From: an uncultured Acidobacteriota bacterium
Lineage (GTDB): Bacteria; Acidobacteriota; Terriglobia; Acidiferrales; UBA7541
DNA length: 64,000 nucleotides
Reading direction: 5' to 3'
Assembly (NCBI GenBank): GCA_963781005.1
Contig: CAWADX010000002.1
Coordinates: 852,703-916,702, forward strand
In this document: positions 9,481 through 19,496 of the stretch, one piece after another
How positions within the stretch are numbered: the first letter of the stretch is position 1
Layout of the letters: each line of letters starts with the position of its first letter
Translations under genes and position numbers: made by a program
Notes under the pieces: generated by a model
Told to the model about the DNA's origin: nothing
Databases searched by the model: none
What the model saw: the letters and a program-made list of their open reading frames with translations, nothing else

Positions 9481-10677
9481 TCACCATTTCGGCTGGATGG
9501 TAATCGCCCCTGGTCGCCGGGGATCTTCAATCCACGATCCCATCTGCCTTTTCTTTGAAAGTTCGTGATACTTCGCCAGCTTATCGCGATCCAGCCGGAC
9601 GCCCAGCCCCGGCCCCTTCGGCACGGCCATCTTTCCGCCGGGCAGGTAAGGCAACTTGCCTCCTTCAATGATGTCGTCGGTGAGATGGTGGTAATGCGAA
9701 TCGGGTGCGGCCAGCAGGTTCGGAATGATCGCGGCAAGATGAAGCATCGCGGCTTGTGAGATCCCAAATTCGGCGCCGCTGTGCATGCCCGCGTCGATTC
9801 CGAATGCGGCGCACACCTGGCCCGCCTCGCGCGCCCGTGTAATGCCTCCATACCAATGCGGGTCGAGCAGAACGATGTCGAGAATATCCATGAGCGCGGT
9901 CGGCATCAGGTCTTCAAAGGCAAAAACGGACATGTTTGATGCCAGCAGCATCCAGGGAATCTTCGCGTTTACCCGCGCCATCGAGCGCATGCTCCACACG
10001 GGATCCTCGAGATACTCCACGTCGTAATCGCGCAACTGCTGCGCTACGCGCACCGCCGTGGTCACGCTCCAGGCGGCGTTCGGATCCAAACGAATCTTTA
10101 GTTTCGGAAACGCCTTGCGCAGAGCGATAAACGTTTCGATCTCTTCATCGGGAGGCAGAACACCATTCTTATACTTCAGCGTTCCGAAGCCGTATTTTTC
10201 CAGGAGGCCGCGCGCAAAAGCGACCATCTGCTCCGCATTGGAAATTTCACCGCGCTTTTCGTCGTTGGGGTAGCGGTAAAAGAGATAGGCAGACAGAGTT
10301 ATTTCATCTCGCACCCGGCCACCGAAGAGATCGCAAACCGGCTTGCCGAGTGCCTGTCCCTGCAGATCGAGACAGGCAAACTCTAGCGCCGCAAATCCCA
10401 GAACGTGACCGAAGAGCTTTAACGCGCTCGGCGCGGCGAGCTTCCAACGGATGCGCTCCAACTGGAAGGGATCCTCGCCGATCAGCAGCGGGCGCATCTC
10501 CGCAAGCTGCCCCTCGCGGCTGGCGCCGCCATAACATTCACCAAGACCAATGAGGCCGGTATCGGTCACGACCTCCACGATGATCCGTGAAAATCCTGGA
10601 TGAGACCCAAATGCATAGCGCAGCGGCGCCTCAATCGGAATGAAGGCAGGCGTCCACCGCACATCCGTGATTTGCAT
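9481..10677 (-). CDS. enolase-superfamily (mandelate racemase/muconate lactonizing type) acid-sugar dehydratase
   Basis: ATG 10677 preceded by GAGGGA (track start is TTG 10698). KIRLDPNAAW, EYLEDP and LLDPHW fit the metal-ligand spacing of the superfamily. The subgroup cannot be assigned by eye. Confidence 0.75.
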   Translation of the reverse strand: MQITDVRWTPAFIPIEAPLRYAFGSHPGFSRIIVEVVTDTGLIGLGECYGGASREGQLAEMRPLLIGEDPFQLERIRWKLAAPSALKLFGHVLGFAALEFACLDLQGQALGKPVCDLFGGRVRDEITLSAYLFYRYPNDEKRGEISNAEQMVAFARGLLEKYGFGTLKYKNGVLPPDEEIETFIALRKAFPKLKIRLDPNAAWSVTTAVRVAQQLRDYDVEYLEDPVWSMRSMARVNAKIPWMLLASNMSVFAFEDLMPTALMDILDIVLLDPHWYGGITRAREAGQVCAAFGIDAGMHSGAEFGISQAAMLHLAAIIPNLLAAPDSHYHHLTDDIIEGGKLPYLPGGKMAVPKGPGLGVRLDRDKLAKYHELSKKRQMGSWIEDPRRPGAITIQPKW

Positions 10678-10708
10678 GACGTTCCCTCGACGAAGCAAAC
10701 AACTCTTG

Positions 10709-11551
10709 TTACCGCTGATTTGCCAGCAACTGGCCGCGAACGCCCGCTGGAGCGCGGCAAACGTGCCACCGCCCCAGATTGGCCAGGTAGATGTCGTCGA
10801 AATTGGGTCCGCCGAACGCCGCGTTCGTCGGCCGCGCGATCATCGTTCCCGTGGGATCAAATGCAAACAGGCTCACGCGACCATTGGGCGCAACGCGGTA
10901 GACGTTGTCCGTCGCATAGCAGGTCACGTATAAATTGCCTTTCGCGTCAAACGCCGCGCCGTCCGGCACGCGTGCGAGCCCGGATGCGTAGACGCGGACC
11001 TTGCCGGCGCGTCCATCCGGGAGAATGGGAACTTCAGCGACGTTATCCCGCAGGCTCTGCACGACGTAGAGAAATTTCTCGTCGGCGCTAAGCGCCATCC
11101 CGTTCGCGAAAGCAAAGGGCCCCGCGAAATATTCCGCGTGACCGTTTGCCCGAAGCCGATAAACACATCCATTTTCTTTTTCCCAATCGCCGGAATCACT
11201 AAAATAGAGGTTTCCCTCGGAATCAAAGACGGAAAAATTCGGCGTCTTCAGTTTGCGGTTCCCCACCCGCTCGAGCGAACCAAGCACACGCCCGTTGCGG
11301 TTGAGATAGATCAGCGCCCCGCGCTTGAAATTGCAAACGACCAGTTCCTGCTTGCGGGAAAACGTCAGTCCGAGACAAAAGCCTCCCAGGAGAGCTACTT
11401 CTTGGATGTGCCCGCGGCGGTCGATGCGATAGATCTGACCCAGTTCCCCTCCGGCCCAAAGGATTCCGTCGGCATCAAAAGCCAACCCTTCGGGATGATC
11501 TAGTCCTTCCGCGAGGGCTTCAAAGCGCTCCAGTGGAATCGTCGGCCGCAT
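10709..11551 (-). CDS. SMP-30/gluconolactonase/LRE family lactonase
   Basis: Track ORF 10709..11737 trimmed to ATG 11551 (alternative 11617). Repeated propeller-blade motifs DADGILWAG, DSEGNLYFSD and DAKGNLYVT. Confidence 0.75.
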   Translation of the reverse strand: MRPTIPLERFEALAEGLDHPEGLAFDADGILWAGGELGQIYRIDRRGHIQEVALLGGFCLGLTFSRKQELVVCNFKRGALIYLNRNGRVLGSLERVGNRKLKTPNFSVFDSEGNLYFSDSGDWEKENGCVYRLRANGHAEYFAGPFAFANGMALSADEKFLYVVQSLRDNVAEVPILPDGRAGKVRVYASGLARVPDGAAFDAKGNLYVTCYATDNVYRVAPNGRVSLFAFDPTGTMIARPTNAAFGGPNFDDIYLANLGRWHVCRAPAGVRGQLLANQR

Positions 11552-11724
11552 GATGATCCGTCCGGGCGTGGTTTCGACTTCGGCCAGAAACCAGTTGTTT
11601 GTCGAACATTTGAACATATATACTCGGCGGCTTCGGGAGTCAATCATAAACAGTCGCCTTCTCGTTTCCTTTCCGGCATTGCCACCGAGAGGGACAGCGG
11701 GAGAGCAGCGCCCGAAAACAACAC

Positions 11725-12609
11725 GTGCGAGTGGCAACGTATGAATCGGAAGGACGGAAGCGCCTCGGCGTAGTGCGAGAAGGGTTTATTCTTGATGCCG
11801 CCGCTCTTGCGCGCCGCGCCGGCACCGACGCCGATCCATTCGCGGACATGGCCGCGATCCTTCTTGCTGGAAACGAAGCCATCGCCCGTCTCGACGCGCT
11901 CTCACGAGCGGCGCGACACCCCGCTTCCGTTCCTTGGGCCCTGCCTCTCTCCCGCGTGAAGCTCGGGGCTCCTGTGCCATCGCCTTCAAAGATCATCGCC
12001 GTTGGATTGAACTATCGCGCGCACGCCGAGGAAATCGGAAGCAAGGCTCCGAAATCTCCAGTTCTTTTCGCAAAATGGCCCAACAGCCTGACCGGCCCCT
12101 TCGATCCCATCCTTCTGCACGAGGGCGACAATGAGGCCGATTATGAAGGCGAATTGGCGGTTGTCATCGGAAAACGGGCGAAACATCTTTCCGAGTCCAC
12201 GGCTCTGTCCGCAGTGGCCGGTTACATGGTCCTCAACGATGTTTCCGAACGGAAATGGCAGTTTGCGGACGGGCAGTGGACCCGCGGAAAATCGTGCGAC
12301 ACATTCTGCCCAACCGGCCCCTGGCTGACGACCGCCGATGAGATTCCGGATCCCGGCGTTCTCTCTATAGAGACGCGTGTGAACGGAGAAATCCTCCAGG
12401 ATTCGAATACCAGCTATCTGTTGTTTTCTGTGCCCGCACTCCTCGCGTTCATTTCCGAGTCGATCACGCTCGAGCCAGGAGACATTATCGCGACGGGCAC
12501 GCCGCCGGGCGTGGGTTTCTCTCGTAAGCCGCCAATCTTCTTGAAGAAGGGCGATGTCGTCGAAGTGGAAATCGAACGGCTGGGCGGTCTCCGCAACGCG
12601 GTGGAATAG
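11725..12609 (+). CDS. fumarylacetoacetate hydrolase (FAH) family hydrolase
   Basis: GTG start. ADYEGELAVVIG and LEPGDIIATGTPPGVG are FAH-fold signatures. Divergent from the lactonase gene. Confidence 0.8.
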   Translation: MRVATYESEGRKRLGVVREGFILDAAALARRAGTDADPFADMAAILLAGNEAIARLDALSRAARHPASVPWALPLSRVKLGAPVPSPSKIIAVGLNYRAHAEEIGSKAPKSPVLFAKWPNSLTGPFDPILLHEGDNEADYEGELAVVIGKRAKHLSESTALSAVAGYMVLNDVSERKWQFADGQWTRGKSCDTFCPTGPWLTTADEIPDPGVLSIETRVNGEILQDSNTSYLLFSVPALLAFISESITLEPGDIIATGTPPGVGFSRKPPIFLKKGDVVEVEIERLGGLRNAVE

Positions 12610-12660
12610 GTGCCCGCGGCCGGCATTCCGCCTTTCGATTCTTGCCTTACGTTTTTTTGC

Positions 12661-12694
12661 TTGACAATTGCAGGCCCTGTCCTATTGTAGGACA
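12661..12694 (+). promoter_or_regulatory. sigma70-like promoter with overlapping 7-3-7 inverted repeat (putative GntR/FadR operator)
   Basis: TTGACA 12661-12666, 16-nt spacer, TATTGT 12683-12688. The perfect inverted repeat TGTCCTA-TTG-TAGGACA lies at 12678-12694. Confidence 0.5.
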
Positions 12695-12713
12695 AATTTT
12701 GGCTAGGTGGGAC

Positions 12714-13514
12714 GTGGGCGCAAAGCAAGGACGCAACGTAACGATCGCCGAGTTTGCTCCCGTCCGGCGTGAGACCGTCATGGAGATGGTCGCGCGCCGC
12801 ATCGAGGCGCTCGTGCGCAGCGGCGAACTGCGCAGCGGCAGCCGCCTCCCTCCCGAAACAAAACTTGCCGAAATGCTTCAGGTCAGCCGCGGCTCGCTTC
12901 GCGAGGCGCTGAAGGGTCTAGTGTTTCTCGGACTGGTCAGGGCCCGGCCCGGTGACGGCACCTATATCCAATCCACGCTTGGCCGCGTCGTTAGCCGACA
13001 CTTTCAGTGGATGCTACTGCTCCAAGAAATCAAATATTTCGAATTGTACGAACTACGGCAGATCCTCGAGCCGGCAGTCGCCGCCCTTGCCGCACGCCGC
13101 GCATCAAAAGACGACATCGAGAAAATGGAAGCTGCCATTCGCGAAATGCGCAAGAGTTTCGACGCGCCGGATCGGTACATGGCCGCCGAAATGTCTTTCC
13201 ATGAAGGATTCACACAGGCGGCAAAGAACGTCGCCACTCAAACCATGCTCCGCATGATGTATGACGCGTTGGCCGAAGGCCGCCGTCGTGTTCTACCGTT
13301 GATCAGTGACATCAATCAGAATTTCCGTCGCCACGAGCGGATTTTCCGATGCATTGTCAAACGCGACGCCAAGGGTGCCCGCAGCGCCGTGCTGGACGAT
13401 CTACTTTATGCGGAAAAGTTGCTTCGAAAAGACCTGGAAGTGCAGGAGCGTCTACGGGCGAATTTAGCAAAGGTCGATCCCGCACGCAAAGGCAAGAAAA
13501 TAATCCCGAATTAG
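12714..13514 (+). CDS. GntR family transcriptional regulator, FadR (FCD) subfamily
   Basis: Track ORF 12642..13514. GTG 12714 chosen because it lies downstream of the promoter/operator (ATG 12780 is an alternative). Winged-helix segment LPPETKLAEMLQVSRGSLREALKGL followed by an all-helical C-terminal domain. Confidence 0.8.
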   Translation: MGAKQGRNVTIAEFAPVRRETVMEMVARRIEALVRSGELRSGSRLPPETKLAEMLQVSRGSLREALKGLVFLGLVRARPGDGTYIQSTLGRVVSRHFQWMLLLQEIKYFELYELRQILEPAVAALAARRASKDDIEKMEAAIREMRKSFDAPDRYMAAEMSFHEGFTQAAKNVATQTMLRMMYDALAEGRRRVLPLISDINQNFRRHERIFRCIVKRDAKGARSAVLDDLLYAEKLLRKDLEVQERLRANLAKVDPARKGKKIIPN

Positions 13515-13558
13515 GGTGCAGGCAGATTCACGACAATTCACATAATGGGGGGTGGCCA

Positions 13559-16500
13559 ATGGGTCGTATCCGCACACAACTTTTGCAGTGGTTCATTGTT
13601 TCGATTCTGGCATTATTCGTTCCCACTTCGGCGTTCGCCCAATACGATACGGGCAGCATCGTAGGCATCGTTCGTGATCAAACGGGTGCCCTCGTGCCCG
13701 AGGCCAAAGTACGGGTCACGAATATCAAAACAGGCCGGATCCATGAGGTGAATACAAATCGTGAGGGCGAATACGAAGTTCCCGGGCTGCCCGCCGGCCC
13801 TTACAAGGTCGAGGTTGAGAAGACCGGCTTCAAGACTGCGATCGTTTCAGACATCGTGCTGTACGCCACCGATCGCAGGAGCGCCGACGTTGAATTGTCC
13901 TTGGGTTCGGCGAGCGACCAGATTACGGTTACGGCAGAGATGACGGCGGTCAACACCCAGAGCAGCGAGACCGGTGCTTCCATCGATTCGAACAAGGTCT
14001 CGAACCTGCCCCTGAATGGCCGCGATTTTACCGCGCTCATTGCCCTCGTACCGGGTTCGGTTACGACGGGTGGGTTCGGTCAAAACAGCCTCGGTGGATT
14101 TGAGACCACCTTCGCCGGTGTGAACGTGCTGCTCGACGGTGCCGACGCGACTCGAATCGACGTCAATGCGACCAGCACGCAGCTGGGCCGTCAGGCATCA
14201 CGCATCAGCCGGGCCAGCATCGACAGCATCCAGGAGTTCCGGGTGTTGTCATCTACCTATTCGGCCGAATATGGGCGCTCGACCGGCGACATCGTCAACG
14301 TCATCACTAAGTCGGGCGGCAATTCATTCCACGGCACTGCGTTTGAATATTTCCGCAATGACGCGATGGACGCGAAGAACTTCTTCGCTACGGAAGCGAC
14401 GCCGCTGCGTTTAAACCAGTTCGGCGGCAATGTGAGTGGCCCGATTGCAAAGGATAAGCTGTTCTTCTTCGTGAACTACGAAGGCGTCCGTCAGATTGTG
14501 AACATTCCCACCGGCCCGGTGGCTGTTGTCAATCAGGCGACCCGTGCGAAATTCGTCCCCTCGATGTTTCCTGTGCGTGATGCGCTTCCGCTTCCGACCG
14601 TTTCCGGGCCAGTGATTTTCAAGGGTGCCGGACCGGGAGGAACGGATGTGGTTCGCAACGATCTGGGTTTTTTCGAGGGCAAGCTTCGGAACACACTTCG
14701 AGAGGATACCGGCTCGGTGAAGGTGGATTATAACGCCAGCTCGAGCGACACGTTCGCGTTCCGCTACAACATCTCTGACTCGTTTACCAGCACGCAATAC
14801 GGGATCGCTACCGGACAGGTGTCACCCTCGACGAGTCGCAATCATCTGCTGAAAGGGACCTGGAACCATACGTTCAGTTCGACCCTGCTGAATGAATTCG
14901 GTATTGCTTTTAATCGCCCCCAGACGGATTCGCTCGGTGGCGGAGGCGCCTTCCCGATTTTCCAGTGCTTTTTCTGTGACTCCACAAACACGTTCGGTGC
15001 AGCGCCGGGGCCAGCGCTATTTTCCAATCGCAGGCCGCAGCATTCTCTGCAATTCCTGGATACGCTCAGTTGGATCACGGGCCGCCATGCGATCCGTGCC
15101 GGCCTGGACATCCGGCACGTCGTTACCAATGATGCGTTGGATCCTCAGGATTTCCTGAGCTACGCGGGCATCACGGACTTCCTAAACAACAACGGCTTCG
15201 TGGTAAGCACGCTCGGCCACACGATGGTCAGCGTGCACAACACCAACTACGGCTTTTTCGTCCAGGATGACTTTCGCGCGACGCCCCGCTTCACTCTGAA
15301 TCTTGGGTTGCGGTACGAATACAATTCGGTCCTACAGGGCGATCAAATCGGTAATTTCGATATCGCGACGCTCACCCTTTTGCCGAAGGGCGCCCCGCTG
15401 TATGAGCCAGACCGCAATAACTTTGCGCCGCGTATCGGTTTTGCGTGGACTCCCTTCGCCAACGCGAAAACAGTCCTCCGCGGGGGTTTCGGGGTCTTCT
15501 ATAACCCGCTGCTCACCGGCGCGGCGCTGTCACTCGCGGGGAACTATCAGCAGGGCTTCAACGTGAACATAATAGACTTGCTTTTCGGCGTTCGCAGTTG
15601 TAACCCTCCTCTGAATCTCGCATTCCCGCTGCCGGCGACATTGCCGGTTTGTACTCCGCCGCTGCCGGCCAACGTGAACGCGCTTGATCGGAACATGCGC
15701 GATACTTATTCCATGCACTGGAGCTTTGGTCTGCAGCAGGAGATCGTCCGGAATACGATCTTCGAGCTTTCCTACGTGGGCAACCGCGGCGTGAAGCTTC
15801 CTGCTGGAGCCGCGTATGCCGGGGAAGAACTCAACTTGTCTCCGTTTGGGCCGAACCAGATAAGCCCAAACTTCGGTCAGATTCGCCGGTTGGGCAACTT
15901 CCTCGATTCCAACTACCACGCCTTGCAGGCCAGCGTGCGCCGTCGCGTGGGCAAGGGGTTCAACGTCGATGCGAACTATACCTGGTCGCATGAAATTGAT
16001 GACGCCGTCAACATTCTGACCGGCGCGTTCCAGAATTCGCACAACCCAAAGGGTGACTATGGTAACGGGGACATCGACGTGCGGCACAACTTCACCCTTG
16101 GGGCGGTGTGGGACGTCCCGGTTGCGAACGGGCTACCGAAGCGCCTGGCTCAGGGCTGGCAGCTGAGCACTCTCATGCAGGCTCGTTCGGGCCTGCCCGT
16201 GCAAATCGCCCTGGCAGCGCCTTTCTTTGGAATCGACCAGATCCGCCCTAATGAGGTGGCCGGCCAGTCGATTCGCCCCTCTAACTACAGCGCGCCTGAC
16301 AACCAGCTCAACGCTGCCGCCTTCGTAGCCCCCCCGTCTGGAAAGCTCGGCGACACGCCGCGCAACGCCGGCCGGGGCCCCGGCTTCACGCAAATTGATT
16401 TTGCTCTCTCAAAGACCACGCCGATCACCGAACGCCTAGGAGTGCAACTGCGCGGCGAGATCTTCAACCTGTTGAACCATCCAAACTTTGCGAATCCCTC

Positions 16501-16609
16501 GGGTCTTCTCAATGACCCGAATTTTGGAAAGAGCACAAGCACCATTGGCAGCTTAGTGGGGACCGGCACGTCACGCCAGGCGCAACTCGTGGTGAAGCTC
16601 ATCTTCTAG
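13559..16609 (+). CDS. TonB-dependent receptor with carboxypeptidase-regulatory-like N-terminal domain
   Basis: ATG 13559 gives the signal peptide MGRIRTQLLQWFIVSILALFVPTSAFAQ. GSIVGIVRDQTG...YEVPGLPAGPYKVEVEKTGF is the CarboxypepD_reg-like segment. The protein ends ...QLVVKLIF with a terminal aromatic residue. Confidence 0.8.
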   Translation: MGRIRTQLLQWFIVSILALFVPTSAFAQYDTGSIVGIVRDQTGALVPEAKVRVTNIKTGRIHEVNTNREGEYEVPGLPAGPYKVEVEKTGFKTAIVSDIVLYATDRRSADVELSLGSASDQITVTAEMTAVNTQSSETGASIDSNKVSNLPLNGRDFTALIALVPGSVTTGGFGQNSLGGFETTFAGVNVLLDGADATRIDVNATSTQLGRQASRISRASIDSIQEFRVLSSTYSAEYGRSTGDIVNVITKSGGNSFHGTAFEYFRNDAMDAKNFFATEATPLRLNQFGGNVSGPIAKDKLFFFVNYEGVRQIVNIPTGPVAVVNQATRAKFVPSMFPVRDALPLPTVSGPVIFKGAGPGGTDVVRNDLGFFEGKLRNTLREDTGSVKVDYNASSSDTFAFRYNISDSFTSTQYGIATGQVSPSTSRNHLLKGTWNHTFSSTLLNEFGIAFNRPQTDSLGGGGAFPIFQCFFCDSTNTFGAAPGPALFSNRRPQHSLQFLDTLSWITGRHAIRAGLDIRHVVTNDALDPQDFLSYAGITDFLNNNGFVVSTLGHTMVSVHNTNYGFFVQDDFRATPRFTLNLGLRYEYNSVLQGDQIGNFDIATLTLLPKGAPLYEPDRNNFAPRIGFAWTPFANAKTVLRGGFGVFYNPLLTGAALSLAGNYQQGFNVNIIDLLFGVRSCNPPLNLAFPLPATLPVCTPPLPANVNALDRNMRDTYSMHWSFGLQQEIVRNTIFELSYVGNRGVKLPAGAAYAGEELNLSPFGPNQISPNFGQIRRLGNFLDSNYHALQASVRRRVGKGFNVDANYTWSHEIDDAVNILTGAFQNSHNPKGDYGNGDIDVRHNFTLGAVWDVPVANGLPKRLAQGWQLSTLMQARSGLPVQIALAAPFFGIDQIRPNEVAGQSIRPSNYSAPDNQLNAAAFVAPPSGKLGDTPRNAGRGPGFTQIDFALSKTTPITERLGVQLRGEIFNLLNHPNFANPSGLLNDPNFGKSTSTIGSLVGTGTSRQAQLVVKLIF

Positions 16610-16642
16610 ACGAGCGCACCTCTGCACGAGACCGGGGCTCTC

Positions 16643-19480
16643 ATGATGGGAGCCCCTTCTCTTTTCGTTCATTCGGGAGAGATACTTCCGAGGATGCCAG
16701 GTCGAATGCGGCACACGCTCCTCCGAACCTTAGGTTTCTTACTGTTCCTGCCCTGCTGCTTCGCAGAGGGCGCCGGGGCACAGACTCCCCCGTCCACAAC
16801 GCAGACGCCTCCGGTTCGCCCAGGCTCGAATCACATCACGACGGTTTACGTTATCCCCTCGAGCCACTGGGATCTCGGCTTTATCGCCCCGCCGGAGGAA
16901 ATTCTTCCGCGACTCAAGCCGCACATCGACGAAGTCATCGCCAACGCGAAGGCCGACCCTGAGTTTCGTTGGACGATCGAAAGCGCCTGGCAGGTTCGCG
17001 AATGGCTGGCGCGAACCTCCGATCCGCAGCAGATCAAAGATTTTGTCGATCTCGTGAATAAGGGACAGATCCAGCTCTCCGCCGTATTCGGCAGCATGCA
17101 CACGGAGTTTATGGGCGCAGAAGCGCTCAACCGTATCGTGTACGACATGAGAGCGATTGAGAAGCAGCTTGGCGTTCACACCGATTTCGCCATGATGGAT
17201 GACGTGCCCGGTTTCACCCTCCGCCTCCCTCAGATTTTGGCGCGCAGCGGCATACATTACTTCGTGACTGGCTCAAATCTCTTCCTCTATGGAGGAACTT
17301 CTCTGACGCCGGGCAAGATGCCGTTCTATTGGGCCTCGCCGGACGGCAGCCGCATACTCACCTGGCAAACACAGGGGCACTTGGGCGGCTACACCGAAGC
17401 CATGGCGGACTACTTCCTCGACCCCGCTTCCGTCGAGCCCTACACACAGGAGCACTTTTATCCGAAGGAGTGGGAGGGGCTTTCGCGCCTGGAGATCATG
17501 CAGCGCGGCGTGGACAAACTGCTCGCTAAGTATAAAGATTCCGGCTATCCGTACGACGCATTGATGCTCCTTTATCTTCACGATGCCATTTCATCCAATC
17601 GTGAAGCCAAGCAATTGCTCCCTGCCATCCGGGAATGGAATACCGCCGGCAAGCAGCCGAGGATCGTTGTCGCTACTCCGGCCGAATTTTTCCACCACAT
17701 GGAAACATCCTATGGAAAAGACAAGTTCCCCGTCTATGAGGGTGACTGGAGCGGCCTCTGGTCCGAAGTGAAGATCAACTCCCCAATCGTAGCCGCCAAG
17801 GCACGCTGGATCCAAGACCACTTCCCCGTCGCCGAAATGATATGGAGCTTGCTTACCTTTCGGAATTTCACCAGCCTGCCCTCAGGCAATCTGGAGGACA
17901 CTCGCTTGAAGCTGTTCAAGTACGACGAACACTCCGGTGCTGCGCAAGTCGGTTGGCCCAAACTGATGACGCGCGCCGAAGTCGACCAGCAAAATAGCGA
18001 GTACGTGGCGTATGTCTCGACGGGCCAGGCTGACATCCAATATCTCCTCGATTCAGGTATTCAGACACTGTTCGCCCAGCAGCCGGCCAAAGCGGCAACG
18101 ATCGTGGTTTTCAATCCTTTGAGCTGGGAGAGAACGGACGCGGCGCGGCTCACGCTCGCTCCGGGCCAGGACATTTCTTCCCTTCGCGATGTGAGCACAG
18201 GAGACGTCACTCCGGTCCAGCGTCTCTCGGACAGCGAGGTGGCATTCCTGGCAACCGATGTGCCGGCCGTGGGCTACCGCACCTATCAGATCGTGTCCCC
18301 CGCCGGGCGCGCGAAGGCGTTGGCAATTGATCGTACTCCGTCGCTGGAAAACGAGTTTTATCGGATCGCAGCGCGCACGTCGGATGGCTCGCTCGTGAAC
18401 GTCTTCGACAAGAAGCTGAATCAGGAATTGGTCGATCCCAGTGGCGACAAAGCCGCCAACCAACTCCTTCGTTGGATTCCCGCGGAGAATCTACCTGTCA
18501 ACATGGCCCACGTGAAAATGGAACGAGAGGCAGGCCCTGTTTTTTCACGGCTCACAGTGCGCCGCACCGGAACATTTTGGCCAGAAACGCAGATCACTCT
18601 GTATCGAGGACTCCGTCGAATCTACATCGGCGATCGCCTTGACCGTAACAAGATGCCTTTTGTTGCCAGCAATCAGACTGGGGAGTACTACTCGTTCCAG
18701 TTTACGTTTCGGTTCAAAGGCTCCGCGGGCATCTGGCTTGAGGATGGGATCGGTTTCCATCAGATTCCCGAAGACTATCTGCCTGGTGCACGCACCGATG
18801 CGGGCGCGCCGCTACACTCTTTGGTGCTGACTGGAAACCTGGGTGGCAAGACGGCTTCGATCACCCTGTCGCAACGCGAAGCGTTCTTTGATTATCTGCC
18901 CGGCCTTCCGGGTGTTAAGGGGCCAAACACGTTTCTAAATTCCATCCGCGCGACGGTCATGCGTAAACAGGATCAGGGAGACACGCGCGATCTCGGAATG
19001 GTGAACTTTCCCACGGTCGAACCGGGCTTACCTTCCGTCGCTACGTTCGAGTTCAGCCTTCATTCAAACAGCGGTCCCGTCGATGCGCTGGAATCGTATC
19101 GGGAGGGATGGGCCGAAAACGTGCCTCTGGTCGCTACACAGCTCGATTCTTACATGTCTCCCGCGACACCCACCGGCAGCTTCTTTTCTCTTAGTAGGGA
19201 CAACGTCGTCCTGCTCGCCTTCAAGCCAAACGTGGATGGTGAACCCGAGCACTATACGCTGCGGCTGCAGGAGATCGCCGGTAAATCCGCTGACGTGGAA
19301 GTGCACACTCCACTCAAACCTTCCGCGGCGGAGGTCGTTGCTCTGACCGAGGACCAGGTTGTCGCAACGGTTCCCGCGAATCCAGTGAAGGTTCATCTGG
19401 AACCGCACCAAACCCTAACCTTGCGGCTCACCATTCCTCACCCCCACAAGGAACGCTCTCCACGTTGGTGGGAATGGTAG
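16643..19480 (+). CDS. secreted glycoside hydrolase family 38-like protein (second copy, diverged)
   Basis: Signal region ...LGFLLFLPCCFAEGAGAQ. VYVIPSSHWDLGF is a GH38-type N-terminal motif. Alternative starts are ATG 16694 or 16706. Confidence 0.65.
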   Translation: MMGAPSLFVHSGEILPRMPGRMRHTLLRTLGFLLFLPCCFAEGAGAQTPPSTTQTPPVRPGSNHITTVYVIPSSHWDLGFIAPPEEILPRLKPHIDEVIANAKADPEFRWTIESAWQVREWLARTSDPQQIKDFVDLVNKGQIQLSAVFGSMHTEFMGAEALNRIVYDMRAIEKQLGVHTDFAMMDDVPGFTLRLPQILARSGIHYFVTGSNLFLYGGTSLTPGKMPFYWASPDGSRILTWQTQGHLGGYTEAMADYFLDPASVEPYTQEHFYPKEWEGLSRLEIMQRGVDKLLAKYKDSGYPYDALMLLYLHDAISSNREAKQLLPAIREWNTAGKQPRIVVATPAEFFHHMETSYGKDKFPVYEGDWSGLWSEVKINSPIVAAKARWIQDHFPVAEMIWSLLTFRNFTSLPSGNLEDTRLKLFKYDEHSGAAQVGWPKLMTRAEVDQQNSEYVAYVSTGQADIQYLLDSGIQTLFAQQPAKAATIVVFNPLSWERTDAARLTLAPGQDISSLRDVSTGDVTPVQRLSDSEVAFLATDVPAVGYRTYQIVSPAGRAKALAIDRTPSLENEFYRIAARTSDGSLVNVFDKKLNQELVDPSGDKAANQLLRWIPAENLPVNMAHVKMEREAGPVFSRLTVRRTGTFWPETQITLYRGLRRIYIGDRLDRNKMPFVASNQTGEYYSFQFTFRFKGSAGIWLEDGIGFHQIPEDYLPGARTDAGAPLHSLVLTGNLGGKTASITLSQREAFFDYLPGLPGVKGPNTFLNSIRATVMRKQDQGDTRDLGMVNFPTVEPGLPSVATFEFSLHSNSGPVDALESYREGWAENVPLVATQLDSYMSPATPTGSFFSLSRDNVVLLAFKPNVDGEPEHYTLRLQEIAGKSADVEVHTPLKPSAAEVVALTEDQVVATVPANPVKVHLEPHQTLTLRLTIPHPHKERSPRWWEW

Positions 19481-19492
19481 CTCGCAGCTTGA
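19375..19492 (+). repeat. copy 1 of ~120-bp direct repeat (3' end of GH38-like gene plus ~12 nt)
   Basis: Colinear with 34385-34512 through the stop codon, with scattered mismatches. Confidence 0.8.
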
Positions 19493-19496
19493 AAGC

